From: Macrostomum lignano | Taxonomy: Eukaryota | Reading direction: 5' to 3' | NCBI GenBank assembly: GCA_002269645.1 | Contig: NIVC01000798.1 | Location: forward strand, 159,867-223,866 | Length of the DNA: 64,000 bases | Part shown: positions 28,849 through 43,290 of the stretch, piece by piece | How positions within the stretch are numbered: the first letter of the stretch is position 1 | How the letters are laid out: the number at the start of each line of letters is the position of its first letter | Program-made: the position numbers and the translations under genes | The notes under the pieces: model-generated | Seen by the model: only the letters and a program-made list of their open reading frames with translations | Database searches by the model: none | What the model was told of the DNA's origin: nothing

Positions 28849-30940
28849 TTTTTACCCTACAGCCTTCACCTGTTGGGCCAGTTACGAGCGTCCCTTCAAT
28901 TCCTAGACTCAATCGCTTGTTGTTTTTTTTAAGATATTTAGCCCGGAGAATCGATTTTTATATTCAATGTGAGTAGCAAATGTAAGCAGCAGCTGTGTCA
29001 AAATGTTTATGTTACAAAGCATTCGTGTGGTATTTTTATCATCGGGCAAACAGCCATATGGCATCCTTTGAACATGGATAAGTGCGTTGTAGTTGTGCAA
29101 AACCATTCATCAATATGCGTCCTGTATTTTCCGGCCCGCTGTATAAATGCAGCAAGTTGCGATCTTGTGTTGTAACAACGTTACATTAATAATATTTACT
29201 GTTTGTGTCAAAGTCCGACTCGAAAGCATTTTTTTGGGATTTCAAAGTGGATACTGACGTAAAATGATCTCTTGAGAGTTAAGCGGTGCAGTAACTTCAT
29301 CTGATGTAGTCGCTGAATGTCTAATTTTGATCTTAAGTCACATTTTATGGACAGTTTGCAGAGTATGTGTGCTGTGAGTAAAGTTTCACGTGCCCAAGGT
29401 CGGGAACCATTGGAATCTAAATATCTAGCTTTTTCAAGTCACAACAATTACGTTCGGACGCGAACCTGAGTCAGCTGGATGGGTTCTGATTTCGTGGTTA
29501 TTTTTTTCCTGTTTTAATTTTTTGTTTTAATTTTTGTTTTCTGATACATTTCTGTTCGGCTTGCTTCGTTGTGCTTTGAAGTCCCCACATTTTTTAGCGT
29601 TGTTTTCTACAAGTGCTTGACTTGACTCGTGCATCGCAAAGTTGTGCAGGCGCTCGACTCGGCCTGTCGGCACCCTTCACCCAAGATGCCTTAGGTTGAT
29701 TTTACCCATGGCCTAGCTAATATTATTATTATTAATACGCGTACGCACTGATACAGTACCGCTGAAGTTCGCTTTCGGTTGGCAAACACAAAGAAAAACT
29801 AAGTACAACTGAAGGCGCTGCTTGACTTAATACTGAAGTGAAAGCACATATTAAGTAAAGTGCAATCTGTCACCTTATATTATGCGTTAGTTGTCGTGCC
29901 GACTCCCCTTCTCCCAGAGTCCCCAGAAATTTTTCTAACAAAATATATAATTTGCGCACTGAATATTGGCTGTTTAAAGCAATCCAAGGCAAACGCACGT
30001 TTGTACTTTTGTGGTTATGAAACTAAATGAAATAAATCACAGATATTAAACCAATTCTATAGACGTTAATGTCAGCGTGAGAAATTACTTGTAAGTTTCT
30101 CTGTGACTTTCCTTTCGTCCAACTTCTTTATTTTGCTGCGCCTGAACGAATTTTGCTCTTCTCAAACAAGAACCAAGTCGCCAGCCCTCCGGACCGTCGA
30201 GATATTCAACGATTCTGCTACGAAAAGGTCGGATTTTTCCCATAAGCGCTAGTGTATTCAATATGTACACTCCTATGCACCAATCAGCGCTGTGCCTCAG
30301 TGCGGCCTTGCCAAGCGTCCAAACTTCATCAGCACGTCGGCACATCATCAACGCTAACTTTCGTTGGTCACTGGTCTTCACCCAGACGGAGCTTCTAGAC
30401 CTTCAACAGGTGACACCAGGATGATTATGGGCACCCCAAATTGCGAATTTCTATTGGTTCGCTGAGCAAGCCTCGACAGTGGGCAAATCACAACTGCTGG
30501 ACATCCTCAGCTAGTCTCTCAAACACTCCGTCATCACTCCGATGCCGTTGGCACCTTCAAAGGATAGCAACAGGTGACTATGGACACTCGAACGAGGTTT
30601 TCATCATTACCCTTAAACTCTGAAGCTAAAACCTTTTTTGAAGATTTAATGAGCCTAAGTTGCTCAGTTCCTGTGCAGCAAAAATCGTGTATGAAGAAAA
30701 TTCCCAGGAAAGGGTATTCCAACTGTTAAAATAGTCGATTGATTTTCAATTACAAGAGTCAAGACAGTGGCTAAATTGCAGGTTGTACCATAGATAGACG
30801 GTGTAGTCTCCAGCCTGGCCTGGCCTCTCAGACTACATCAGGCGATCTACGAGCTATATTGATCCATGGAGAATGTAAACACAGCTATCTCCAGCAAGCA
30901 CAGGACAGCACTCTATATTTTAGTATACTATATATACTAC

Positions 30941-31233
30941 TAATAATAATAATTGATTACACCTGCCCCAATGGGCAGATGTGCAACCGACAGCTCAGCA
31001 GCAGCTATTGCGCGGCGCATCTGAAGACCAAGGACAGTTCAGTCCAAGGACTGGGGAGTCGCCACACACACCCTCAATTACCCCCGCTAATGCTGGCACC
31101 CATTTTACAGCTGGGTGAACTGAAGCAATGCAGAGTTAAGTGTCTTGCTCAAGGACACAAATTTTTGGGTTGAGAATCGAACCCCGATCTTTCAGTCGTG
31201 ATTCCGACGCTTTAACTATTAGGCTACAACCCC
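30941..31233 (-). mobile_element. tRNA-derived SINE, family A (copy 2)
   Basis: High similarity to 17791-18098 (GGGCAGATGTGCAACCGACAGCTCAG, GCTGGCACCCATTTTACAGCTGGGTGAACTGAAGCAATGCAGAGTTAAGTG, GAATCGAACCCC) with a (TAA)n tail. Confidence 0.85.
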
Positions 31234-31641
31234 TACTAGAGCGGAACCCCTTCTAGTGAATAGAGCAGAAAGCGATCTCAGGAAAGAGTGTGTGATGAAA
31301 CAATAATTTGCGCTTTGTAGAACGCAGAAAAAGTTTATTAGTGTGTCACAAATCTGGCAATAGGTTAAAACCCTTGCAACTTTGGTGCCATGCTTTGTTA
31401 GTGGGAAATAAAGCAAATCATTTATTTTGTAAAAATCTAATAAGATAACAATCAATTAACAGTCGAGTTTTTAGGGAGAAAAGAGCCGGTATTGGGATCC
31501 TGCCGTGACTTTTTCCCTTTCTAAAGAGTATTAAGTGCAAAGAAAGTATAGATATCACAAAAGCTTATGTTATACCAGATTAAAACCGCTTGAAGATGTC
31601 TCTAATATTCTCGTACAAAGCAAAACTGAATCGCTATTAGT

Positions 31642-34466
31642 TCACTTTGCCGGCCGTCTGGCCGCAGTTCCTGCCCCGCCGGCTCCCGATGGTCGTTCGC
31701 GCTCGTTTTTGTACTCGGATTCGACCTTCTTCTGAATCTCCTCCCATGACGGCACTTGCTGCAAAATGGGGGTTGGGAGGTTATATATATAGCTCGTATA
31801 TGTATCCCGCAACCAGCACTGAGGGCAATTCGGCCGATTCCACTGACTCCTAAGCACATTACAAGCGCGCCAATACTGTGTGTACGCAGACATGTACTCA
31901 TGCACACGCTCACTCAAGGTGTACAGCGGCCCAAATTTCTACTCGTCAGGGATGTACACACTCTGCGCCTTGGGGTTGGCCCTCATGGCTTTGAATTGCA
32001 CGAATTCACATTGAATTCGGATAATCTACTCTTCTCTTGCCGTCAAAACGGATGCTTTCACAATTTTAAGCGAAAACGCAATTTTTCACGTATCCTACCT
32101 CGTCGGACAGCTGCTTGAACTTTGGCAGCGTCTCTTTTCGTCCGACCCGCTCTAGAAATTGTCTTCGATAAGCTAGCACAACGTCCACATGGACACGGTG
32201 CTTCTGAGCCAGGTTCAGTGCCCGCTCCCAGCTGTAGAGGCCCAGGTGCATCATAACTGCACGAAACAGCAGCCCAGCCTGCACCAACAACCCCTCTGCA
32301 TCCTGGACATTGCCGGACAGTAGCAGCATCTCGGCATTGCAGGCCTCCTTCAGCGGCAGTGACCGGATGTACTGGATGTACTCGACCTTGTCCGGCTCGG
32401 CGATGGCTGCGAACGCCGTTTCGGCGGTGTCCAAATCTCGCTTAGCGATGCTCATGGCGGCCAGCACCGCCCAGAGCATCTCGTCGTCAACGAAATGGCA
32501 CAGCTTGATGGCCTCGCGCCACTTGCCAACGGATGTGTAACTGTGCAGAGTGCACGGATACGGCGAGATGCTCATCGTCACCGGCGTGCCGTCCGATTTG
32601 CGCACCGTGATGGATCGGCCCAGGAAGCCGATCAGCTGCGGACTCTTGCCAAACTCCATGCCAGCGTCGCGCTCGAATACGGTTCGCCGAACTAAAGCGG
32701 CGTCCTGCAACGCAGCCGCAGGGTAATAGTACACCAGCAGCTTGCTACCCGCCAAGCAGGCTAGCATGTTGGCTTCGCTGTTCCAGCACATGGATTCCAC
32801 CATGGTGCCGATCTTGACAATACGCCGCTGTCCACCGTATGTGCGGACCTGAGAAAATTTGTTACAGAACATGAGCTTTCACATATGAGCCTAAAAGTAA
32901 ACAGGATAAATAGTATTTTTGAAGAGGTTATGCAACAATCTATGTCGTTAAACTTCATACTAGGCTCACCTGAGTGATGAAAAGGTCTCGATTGCGATCG
33001 ATTATGGCGAGCTTGCGGTCAGTGGCTGGCCCGGATTGGTCCAAAGCGACTTCAGCCACCTCCGATTTGTGCATGATCGGCTTGCCGTCGCCAACCAGCC
33101 GGCCTGTGGCGGTGTCGAATGCGTACACAGCCTTCTCGTCGGACTTGTCAGCGAGCACAACAGTATCCGGACTAATTGAGCAAGTGAGGGGACTAAGTGT
33201 ATCCGCGCGCATATCCTGATACCGTGGCGAGCAAATCAGCCGGCCTTCGTATGAGTACACATGCACCGATCCTTGGTCAACCAAGAGAAACTGCTTTTCG
33301 CTCATGTCAATCATAGTAACGCAGCCGCCTTTCAGATCAAATATCGTTGGAGTGTTCCAGTTGCGAGTCCCGTAGACGAAGCACTGGCTGGCAGTGCACA
33401 CAACCAGATGGTTCCAGTTCAGACTAGCCTTCACGATACGGTCTCGAAAATCTAGCTTGTCCTTGGCATCGTCCAACACGTTACGAACCGAGATAGACTT
33501 TTCGCTTTCAATAACGGCCTCGATGTTTTTCCACTCGAGGCGTCGCCCGACCACCTGACAGAAGATGACACGGCCGTTGCCACCAGCCGCAACCGCTTGG
33601 GTGCTGTCGCTGCTCCAGCACACGTTGAAGACTGAGCCGCAGTCCAGCTTTTCCAAACTGTAGGACCAACCGCAGCGGTCGCACAGGCGAATGGAGTTGA
33701 AGCTGCCGACTAGAAACAGCTCTCCATCTGGCGACCAGCTGACAGAAGTTATTGGGTAGTCAGAGATAGGCGGGCTAGAATACACACATCTGCCGAATGA
33801 ATCCCACAGCTTGTAACGGCAGTCTTCTGCCCCAGAAACGATAAGGTTGTTGATTGGATTCCAGTCCACTTTCAGTACCAGATTTTCATGAGCCTTCCAG
33901 GCGGTGGGTCGAGCATTTGGTTGTAGTGACTTGAGCACAAGTTGCTTGCCTAGGCTGTACACTACCTGGTCAGAGTTAGCACTCCAGGAGCCAGAGTAGA
34001 CTGGATAAGCATTCTGTGATAGCACAGAGCGAAGCATTCCGTTGCGTGACCAGATCTTCACGGCACCGTCCTCGCCACAGCTGAGCAGCATACTGCCGTC
34101 ATAGCTCCAGCGAACTGACAGAACGGCACCCGTGTGTCCGTCGATGACTTTCTCCACGCGACCCGCCCTAGACATGATGTACAGCTTGCCATCCGTGGAA
34201 CCCAACGCAAAAACCTCTGAGCCTGTGACCTTCTTGGACCCGCCGCCGCCGCCGCCGCCGGATGTGACCGGCAGCCAGTGCATGTCCGTGGGGAAAACAC
34301 CATCAGCCATCTTTGGTAGGGCCTGCGATTCCGATGAGTTCAGGTTCCATCGGATTAGCTGATGGTCGTCACCAGCAGAGATCACCTCCTCTGGACTGGC
34401 AAAGCCGACAGCGCTGACTAGGTCAGTGTGCTTCTGGTCTTTTGAAAGTTGTGTCTTAAGCTTCAT
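31642..34466 (-). CDS. IFT80: Intraflagellar transport protein 80 (WD40/TPR, IFT-B), ~787 aa, join(34466..32970,32848..32099,31758..31642)
   Basis: N-terminus MKLKTQLSKDQKHTDLVSAVGF, then WD repeats SCGEDGAVKIWSRNGMLRS, DWNPINNLIVSGAEDCRYKLWD, SWSPDGELFLVGSFNSIRLCDRCGWS. C-terminal HVDVVLAYRRQFLERVGRKETLPKF and SWEEIQKKVESE. Three phase-0 GT-AG-joined exons of 1497, 750 and 117 nt. Confidence 0.96.
31810..32012 (-). mobile_element. SINE family B body without tRNA head, in IFT80 intron 2
   Basis: Colinear similarity to 24535-24725. Confidence 0.6.
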
Positions 34467-37400
34467 AGCAGCATGCAATAGAGTAGAGAGTTAGTTAAAG
34501 AGCATGGATACTTGATACGCGAGTTAACATATTTTCTTAAACCCCATTTTAAGAGTAAAAAATTCAGTCCGTCCCGAATAAGCTTGGATAATATAAAAAT
34601 TGTTTTAAGCCAGGTTTGACTACCTAGATCATTATTGATAATTAAAGTACGTTTATCGAGAATCGAGAAACGTGCCAAATGCTAGTCGGGTAATTACGAA
34701 AACTAAATAAGTGACAGAAAAAAGATTCTAGTATGGAATCGTAGAAGTAGCAAAAACATTAAAATACGAGCTATAAATGTATGGTGTGCTTCCCACTCGA
34801 TTTTTTGTGATAAAGAGAGTAAACCCATCAAGAACCACACATGAACAATGAGCATGCATATTGAGAATGGATATCACTTTTAAAAAATTGGTTGATGATT
34901 GGATATATATAAAGATCAATGGTTCCCCAAGAATCAGGTTGTGGTCATGGCTTAAAAGTACACAAACCTAAACAAAGGAACAAAATTCAAAGTATGCATG
35001 TATTAAAATGTTATTGAAAATATATCTATAGCAGTTTTTATTTTAAATCTTAACCAAACAAGATTATTAGAAGCATCCAATGGAAGGTAAAGAGGAATTA
35101 TTCATTTAGATATGGGTTTTGTCTTTGTATGTGGCAGTCTCTAATAAACCTATCAATTCAACACCAGTAGTCAGTAGAGAAAGATTTCTAACTATTTAGA
35201 GAATTACAAATGAATCACTAGCTACATAGATACATAAGCATAAACATTTAAACTTTCCTGTGATTTTCTATTGCGTATAAAGAATGCATATAAACTATTT
35301 TATTTTTGAAAAAATGGACTCCTATTGATATATTATACGTTTAAAATTGCATGATTTTAACTGTGTCTGCCACAATTTTTGAATGGGGTTTATTATTAAC
35401 TTACAATTACGAATGCATTAAACTAGTCTAAGATATTGACTAATGTGTACTAGACTGAAAAATACTCCTAATATTACTGCTAATATTACTAAAATACTCC
35501 TATTTTTTAAGTCTAATAGTCCAGGTTGCCCTCTATTAATACAATTGTAATTGTATCTAAAGACAAGTTTATCATCAGTGACCAAGTGTTGATTGAAGAA
35601 TTTTTAATATTATAGTTCAGTGAGATACTTTATTAAGAAATTTCGGTAACAAAAAGGAGTAGGAGGTGAAATACATGGCCTAATCTTATGACAAATTGGA
35701 TGGAACAATAGTTTTGTTACATGACAAAGTTTCACTTAACTTATGATAGCTCATGACATTATAAATATACTAAAGTATTTCAATTCAAACCAAGCGTTAC
35801 TGGTGTAAATAGTAGACATTAAAACAAAAGTGAAAATATTAACTCGAAATTTTTAGACAAAAAATGGCAATATTATCGCTTTCAGAGAGCTTTTTCAATA
35901 AGAAGAAGTGAATTTTTTCGTATTTATTTGAGATTTTATCTGATCAGCTGTTTATATAATTTAAAAAAGTCCAGTTATTTATCGATAGTTGATTAATTAA
36001 TTGTTTTCCGCTTTTGTGCAAGTGACGACAAGTCGACAAGTAGACACGAGTTTAAGAAATACTGCAATCAACGATTTATGCAAGCAGCTGCGACTGTATA
36101 AATTCTAAATTTTAGTAGATACTACAAAAGTATGTTCTTGGTAATGGTCACCTCGAGTCAGCCCTGCCTCTAGAGTCTAGAATTAGATTAAATTCTTTAA
36201 ATTAAAGTTTAATACTAATAATAGACCAGTATTGTGTATTCTCTTTATTGGAAAATTTCTTAAAATATTTTTTGCTATCAACAAAGCCAATTTTACAAAG
36301 TTTTGCTCTTTTTTCATAACAAGGCCTAACTAAATTTTTTGTAGTATATCAGGGTAGGCCTAACACTAACATTATAGTCCTAACATAATCATAGGCGATA
36401 GGCCCAAGTCAACCATGTCAACCATATTAGGCCAAGTAGCACCTATTATACTTTAGCCTTTTTATGCTTTTGGCAAAGATGGTTCTAGCAATGACCCTAT
36501 AACTTGTAAGTTTTAGGCCTAAGACTAAGAGCAACAAATATAGACAAGGCTACTCAAACAAATTTACTTTTAGCTTTAGAATTAAATAGGCCTAAAATTA
36601 TAGGAACTTTTCTTCTCTCTACTACATGGTGGAAGAATTTTTAATAAATAATGCAATTTTAATTCTGGTCTACTTCCTACCATATTTAGAAAGGTGTCAT
36701 ATTTATACTAGAAAAGATATTCTTAAAACCCTTTTTGACAATTGTAAAAAAGTTCACATTTAATTATTTTTCAACTTAAATGAATACCAATGCATATTTA
36801 TTATGATAGGAGACATTTAATGACAAAAAAGTTCAAAAACATTCCATAACTTGTTGGGTTGACAATGATATAATTTAAGTAAGCCTGGGTTAAAGCAGGT
36901 AATAGGCTCTAGTGCTAATCTAGTAGAGTATCCAACCAAATTGCTTTGTGGGATGAAGCTTGTGCCACATGTACTCTTCTAAATATATCTTAGAGTTGTT
37001 ATGCTGTGTATGGCCTGTAGCTTTGCCTTGTAACATACATGCGCAATAGTTGGCCAAGTTGACGAATCAAGCTGACCAATTTGGCGGCCAACCAAGGTAA
37101 GTTGCAAAATTGCCCACCCAAATAAATACCCAAGTAATACTAAGTAGATAATGAGGCATTTTGCCTTAATAAGACAGTCATAGTGACTCTTGCTATTTAT
37201 CCAAAGTTGTATTAATTTTGCTTTAGGGTTTCTTTTATATGTAAGTTGCATTTTTGGCCAAAACTACATTCACCTTTTTTTGTTAAAACTAAGTCATATT
37301 GCCAACCAATTTTGGAGGTTGTGCATGTATGCCTGCTTCAGTCGCTGCTTTGCTATGCCTTGAGCATGCACTACCCTGATACTATATTGACTAGGGACCT

Positions 37401-40400
37401 GATGACTTGCACTGGTGTTCTTGCACTTAGTTGCACTATTTATAAATGTTGTCAGATGTTACTTGGTCACTGCCTAAGAAGCCACAGCTGCAGCAAGCAA
37501 AATCTTCTAGCGCTGGCTCTCTTGCATCAGCTCACTGAGTGCCTGCGCCATGGCCAAGGCCAAACTGTAATGCTAAATGATACGTTTCTGACTGACTTGC
37601 AGGCCATCGGGCTCAGCCCCCAGTCTGCCATGACTTGCCCCTCTTGGTTGTTCTGCAAATGCGTTTGTGCAAAGTCTAGCTAGATCTCTTTTTGTCTGTG
37701 CTACTCTGTGCATTGCTATATATATATATATATATATATATGTGTGCCTTGCAGTATACCCATATCCCTTTAATCAGGTTATTATGCACTGTTAGGTCCT
37801 AGGGATACACAAAGGCCAGCTGATAGGTCATGACTACATACTTGGCAGCTATGCATAGGCCTGCTAACTGTCTGTGATAATAGCTTCCAACAAGTACATG
37901 TTGCTATATGATTAGTAGCAATATAGCAGCCATATGGTTATTGATAGACAAATATACACTTAGGTGCACTATGCTCAATCATGCCTAGAACCCACTGACT
38001 ATGCTCATGCTGTCCCTGGTGGTACTTATGATAAAATAATTATGACTCATCAATTTCTGTCATGTTTAGGACCACCAAGCTACATTTGGTGGTCAATGAG
38101 ATAGGCACATGTCTCAAATGAAGTTCTACCAATCCACAGCAGTGGACCTTGACACCTTGTTTTGCTAGGCACACTTGTTGCTTGGCATCTATTGCCTACT
38201 AGAAGAAGATCAGGTTGACAATCTACTTGAGCTGCAGACAACTTGCTTCAAAGAAGGAACTTTTGCATACAGAGGCCTAGAGTTTTGGACATGGTAGTTA
38301 GGACATGCCTATGCAAAACCATCTAAAACTATCCTACTAAGGCAGGATTGGCATATGCACTAATTGGCTAGTAGGTGGTACATAGCAAGCCAGTTAATGA
38401 TGTCCTATGGTGTGGCTATTAGGTTGGCTAGCTCACGCATTGTAAAATCTATATTACAGAGCTCCTAGGTCTGATGTAACTACCCTGGGGGTACAATGAA
38501 GGTTTGTACAAGTGGACATTCAGCCATCTAGTCACTGCAAGCAATGATCAAGGAAAATAAATTGAAACTTACTAAAATAAAGGTTTGTAACAATTACACA
38601 GTTATAATTAAAAAATCAAGGATTGCCCAATCTAAAACTATTATTATTGTCACTAAACTGAATAGTTTTGTGTCATTAAATGTGTCTTCTATCACAAAAA
38701 TATAGTTTGGTGTTCATTTAAGTTGAAAAATAAATCAATGTACACTTTTTAAATTGCCCCCTTTTTGTATATCTAGGCTAGGGTCTAGACTATATTACTT
38801 AGGCCCTATTCCAAATTTCCTAGAAAATTTAAATGCTATAAATATATAATATATACATTCTACTTTTTATATTAATAGTGGTTTCTAAATTATTTGTTAT
38901 ACTATTTAAATAAATAAAAATGTAGAGATCCTAGATTAGTCATTATAATACTTTGTTGTGTTTAAATAGAAAGGAATATTTTTAGTTACTTTATTAGTTG
39001 GCTAATTATAAAGCAAAAATTATGGTTATAGGTTAGTTTATTAATTGGCCTATTATATTATATATTTATATGTTCTTCTTAGTCTTCTATTTTCTTTTCC
39101 TCTCTGTCTAACTTTGCAATCTGGTCTTTTATAGCAGCAGCAATAGCATATGCTTGCTCTTAAGCCAGATAAGCTGCTGTATCCTATATTGCTTTTAAAT
39201 GCTTCTTAGATTCTAAACTTGCTTGTTAAACTAACTGATGTTCATGATATCCTTGATCTTCAATATATTGATAGAAACAATGTAAATAAGGCAGAGCAAA
39301 TAAATTGCCATTAGACTATTTAGTAATAGGTCCTATAGCCAATTTCTATATTTGCACAAAATTTTGTATTTAGTTTACTTATATTGTGCTCAATATTAGC
39401 ATGCCTTAACTCTTAACTCCAATTGTAATATATCAATCCTATTAATATAGCAGGCCATGAAGCATAATTGCCTCTTAAGACACTTTCATTTGAGTCTGTC
39501 ACTACCAAATGGGTTGGCAAATTTTGCAGCTTGCAATACCCACAACTTCATTAGCAAGTAATAGAACAAGGCCACTTGTAGAGTTAAATAGAACAAATTA
39601 GTTAAAGAAAAGTGAACCTTAGAAAATTTGAAATAAAAGCCAACATTATGGTATTGCATGTAATTTTCTAATTGTGATATATTTGCCAAATTCTGAGCAT
39701 AAGGTATTCAAGTTTTATGCTTCTTTGCCTTTTCAATATACTTCTATTAAATGGAGCTGCTAGCTACAGTGTAAACCAATGGCAATGCAAAGATTTTTTA
39801 ATTTTAACTTCTAAGTTTAACTTTTAATTTTAACTTTTTAACTTTTAAAAAGTTGAAAATTTGTGACTCAGCTGACTTAAAAAGCTAGAGTGGAGTTAGG
39901 TAGAGCTTATAAACCCTAAGTACAACATTATATCTAGGGCTTTTAGATATTGGAAAACTTGCTAAACTTTAGGCTTCCTCTTTTCAATCTCAAGAAAGCA
40001 GCAAAGCTGCTAGCAGCAAGTTGTATAACTGAATATAGCAATTCACTATGTCTATAACTTATAACTATTCTTTATACACCTTAGCAACTACAAAGGTGTC
40101 TTCCTGAGCTTTTTCCTAGGTTTTACAAAAGTCATTAGCAGTCTTGGCATAGCAAAAATAGTTATAGACTTGAGAAAGACTGGTATCAAATAGTGCCTTA
40201 TTTTATCCAAAAAGTGGCAATATTTTTCAAAGTAGTGCCAGTTTTGGGTATTTTTTAAAGCACTTTGTTGGATTAGCCACCAAAATTTGGCATTGGTATA
40301 GTGCCACGTAGTGTCATATTTAATTGTTAATATTAATAGTGCCAAATGTCTTTTACAGATAGTGCCAATTTTGGATACTATATGAAGAACTAGTTTGGCA

Positions 40401-42559
40401 CTAGAGCCAGATTTAGGTACTTTTGAAATGCTATATAGTGCCAAATTTTTAGTAATAAGTATAGTATATTATATAGCATTCAGTATATAATACAAGTATT
40501 ATAGTATTGCAAGTGAATTAAATTTGTAGCTCCTAGCATGCAAAGCTTATCAAAAAGGACAAAAGCAATGTCCTCTAGTCTTTAGGCCTAAAAGGAAATA
40601 TCAGTTAGCATGTTTCCTCACTTGATATTTAGTGTATTCCTTAGTTTCCTTATTTCTCATTTTAGGAACAATCTTCTTTTGATTTCCTTACTTTATAGGG
40701 TTTATACGATTGAAATATTAGTTTATATACTTTTTGGACTCATATAGCCATTAATTGTTTCATGAACTGAAATAATATTAGAACTAAATAGATTTCTTCT
40801 TTTTTCTCTTATCTCTCTAATTTAGTTATTATATATTACTAAGCAGACTTTATTGTTGAAAGAAACTTAAAAAATCATTCAATATACAATTATTTGCCAA
40901 ACAAGAAAAGTGTGAATTTTAATTAGAATAAAATTGTCATACAAATAAAAGGAAATATATTGTTTTTAAACAATGAAAAGAATAAAAAAGCTTCAATGCA
41001 TAGAGCAAAATACTAAATAAAAAAGCTTTATAAATTTTAATGCATTAAATTAAAAGCTTTGGACTATTAGATGAACTTTGTCTTTTAGGTTTGGCTTCTT
41101 TGGCTTCCTGTAAATCAGGCCCATTTCTAGGCTGATAATGAATAGATGCTAAGCATAGAGGATATTGTAGACTATTAGGGCCACTTTTATAGGATTGTAT
41201 AATTATATTGGGAAATTCTAAAAAAGTTTAGTTTGGATAGGTTAAAACCTTATAGTACAACTTTTGAAACAAACAATTAATAGGTAGATATTATTTTAAT
41301 GCAAAAAAGTTTGCTTTTGAGGCAAGAAAGTAGGTCAAACAGCCAAAAGGAAAGTTGTCATAATGAAAGTGCTGATTATACAGAATTACACAAAGCTGCA
41401 TTGAAATTTTTAATTGAACTTCAGCATTATTTAAATGAGTAAAAATGAGCTAAACCGAGCCTTAGCTCAGATAACATTGAAATTTATGGTATTTTAAAAG
41501 ATTCTTTTAAATAAAAAAATAATGGAAATGTTTAAAATTGATTAAAAAATTCCTAACAAATTTAATTAATTATTAAAAAAATTCAAGAACTTATTTGTAT
41601 GTTAAAACAACTTTAAGATTAAAATAAACTACTAGCTAAGTATTATAATAGTTGATCAAATTGTTTGGTAATTTCATTAGCAACATTGTTAAATATTAAC
41701 AAGGCATAAGCATTTGTTAGTACATTAGTAGTATATTCTAGAGGTTGGACAAGTAGAAAATTTTGGTTGGACATGAAATTTTATAAAATTTTCAAAGTTG
41801 GGCATGATTGTGATTGTGAATGTGAATTCTCCTTCATTTATTATGCATACATGTATTATGAGCTTGTAAGTTACAAGTGTAGAAAGTAGCAAAATTAGCA
41901 AAGGAACCATTATATATTAGATACTCAGTAATGCTATCAAGTCAACAAATATAAAATATATTACTGCTTTATACATTCGTGTTCATGCTTTTATTTTAGT
42001 AAATCAAATAGAAACATTACAATTTAAATAAAAAAGTTAAGCAGAAACTCACAAGCTCATGAATTTTATTTAAAGGAAATGGTCATGAATTCACAAAATT
42101 GTGATCATATCCAACCCCTAGTATATGCTTGACAACTTAATGTAAATGTTGTTACAACTTTAATAGTAGCAACAAAAGATAACAAATAATATCTTTGAAC
42201 TTTAGAGAAAAATATTGAATGTTTGTTACATTTAAAAAAAAGCTTTCTAAAAATGATTTGTAAAAACCAAAATAAAAGTAACTCAACTATTTTTGTAAAA
42301 ATCTAGATAGATGCATTTTGCACATGCATTTTGGGACTGTGGATTGTGGAGTTTAGGAGTTAGGAAGTTAAGAAATTTGTTGAGCTAAAGGGCTATTGAG
42401 TTTAGTGTTGTTATTGTTGCATGTGCATCTATAAACACCTAGTATTTAATTTTGAGCATATTATTATTTTGTTTTGTTTTAACATTCAGTGTTTTTGGGC
42501 ACTACATGTCTATGCAACTAACTTTGCGATGGCACTATCTTTTTTGAGTGTTGGTATCA

Positions 42560-43290
42560 TTGAGAAGCTCTTTTACTACTTCTACAAGCTGACTAAATGC
42601 TCGCTGCAAACTATTGTACACGGGATGGAGAATGCAGTCGCCAATTGCAACTAAGTTGGGTGCCAATTCTTTGAGAAGTGCCATGAGTCCTCCAACATTA
42701 CCACGCATTATATTTGCACTGCCTGATATGATTGAAATGCACTAACGGGGCTTCGAGTTCCGGCTGCCCAGTATTTCAAGCACATTCTCCTTCAAGGCCT
42801 CAGCAGTTGCTCTGGGATGTTGAGCCCAAAAAAGAGAGTCTGTCATCACCTGGCACTGGTTGTCTCCCAGATGACGGACTATTGCAACAAGCCACTGCTA
42901 ACTTCTCACTCTGCTGCACTTCTTTTAGCACTTCCTTCTGCAGCTTAATACTGCCCTGTAGTGATGCGAACTCGTGCTGTTTTCTTGCTATCTTGAGTAT
43001 CATTAACAATAGAGTCTGCTAGAAGGAATCGCAGATGATGCTCAGCAAACATGATGGCAAGACGTATCTTGGCATCCATCTACTTGTCAGGTGGCCAAGT
43101 GCTTTTCAGCCTTGCTTTTCATCTTTTCTTCACATAAACTGTATTCTTGTACAACTTGCAGTCCACAAATCCAGTGGATTGCACATATCAGGCACCCAGG
43201 CAGTTGCCATTCAAACCTTTCTAGCTGGCATGCTCATCTTTCCATGCTGGGCATCGGGACTCCTTCTCACGTACTGGTCACTACTTGTGT
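42560..43290 (-). pseudogene. Degenerate, internally deleted hAT-like transposase relic
   Basis: Hand translation of the minus strand gives ISGSANIMRGNVGGLMALLKELAPNLVAIGDCILHPVYNSL (hAT D-x-A-x-x-M-x-G ... CxxH region) at ~42590-42735 and DAKIRLAIMFAEHHLRFLLADS (hAT N-terminal AE-H motif) at ~43010-43075. Interrupted by stops and frameshifts. Confidence 0.55.

Noticed and set aside
29255-29340. ATGATCT...CTGA resembling a C/D snoRNA in the PTB 3' region
   Set aside because: Box C is mismatched, there is no convincing terminal stem, and it is not intronic.
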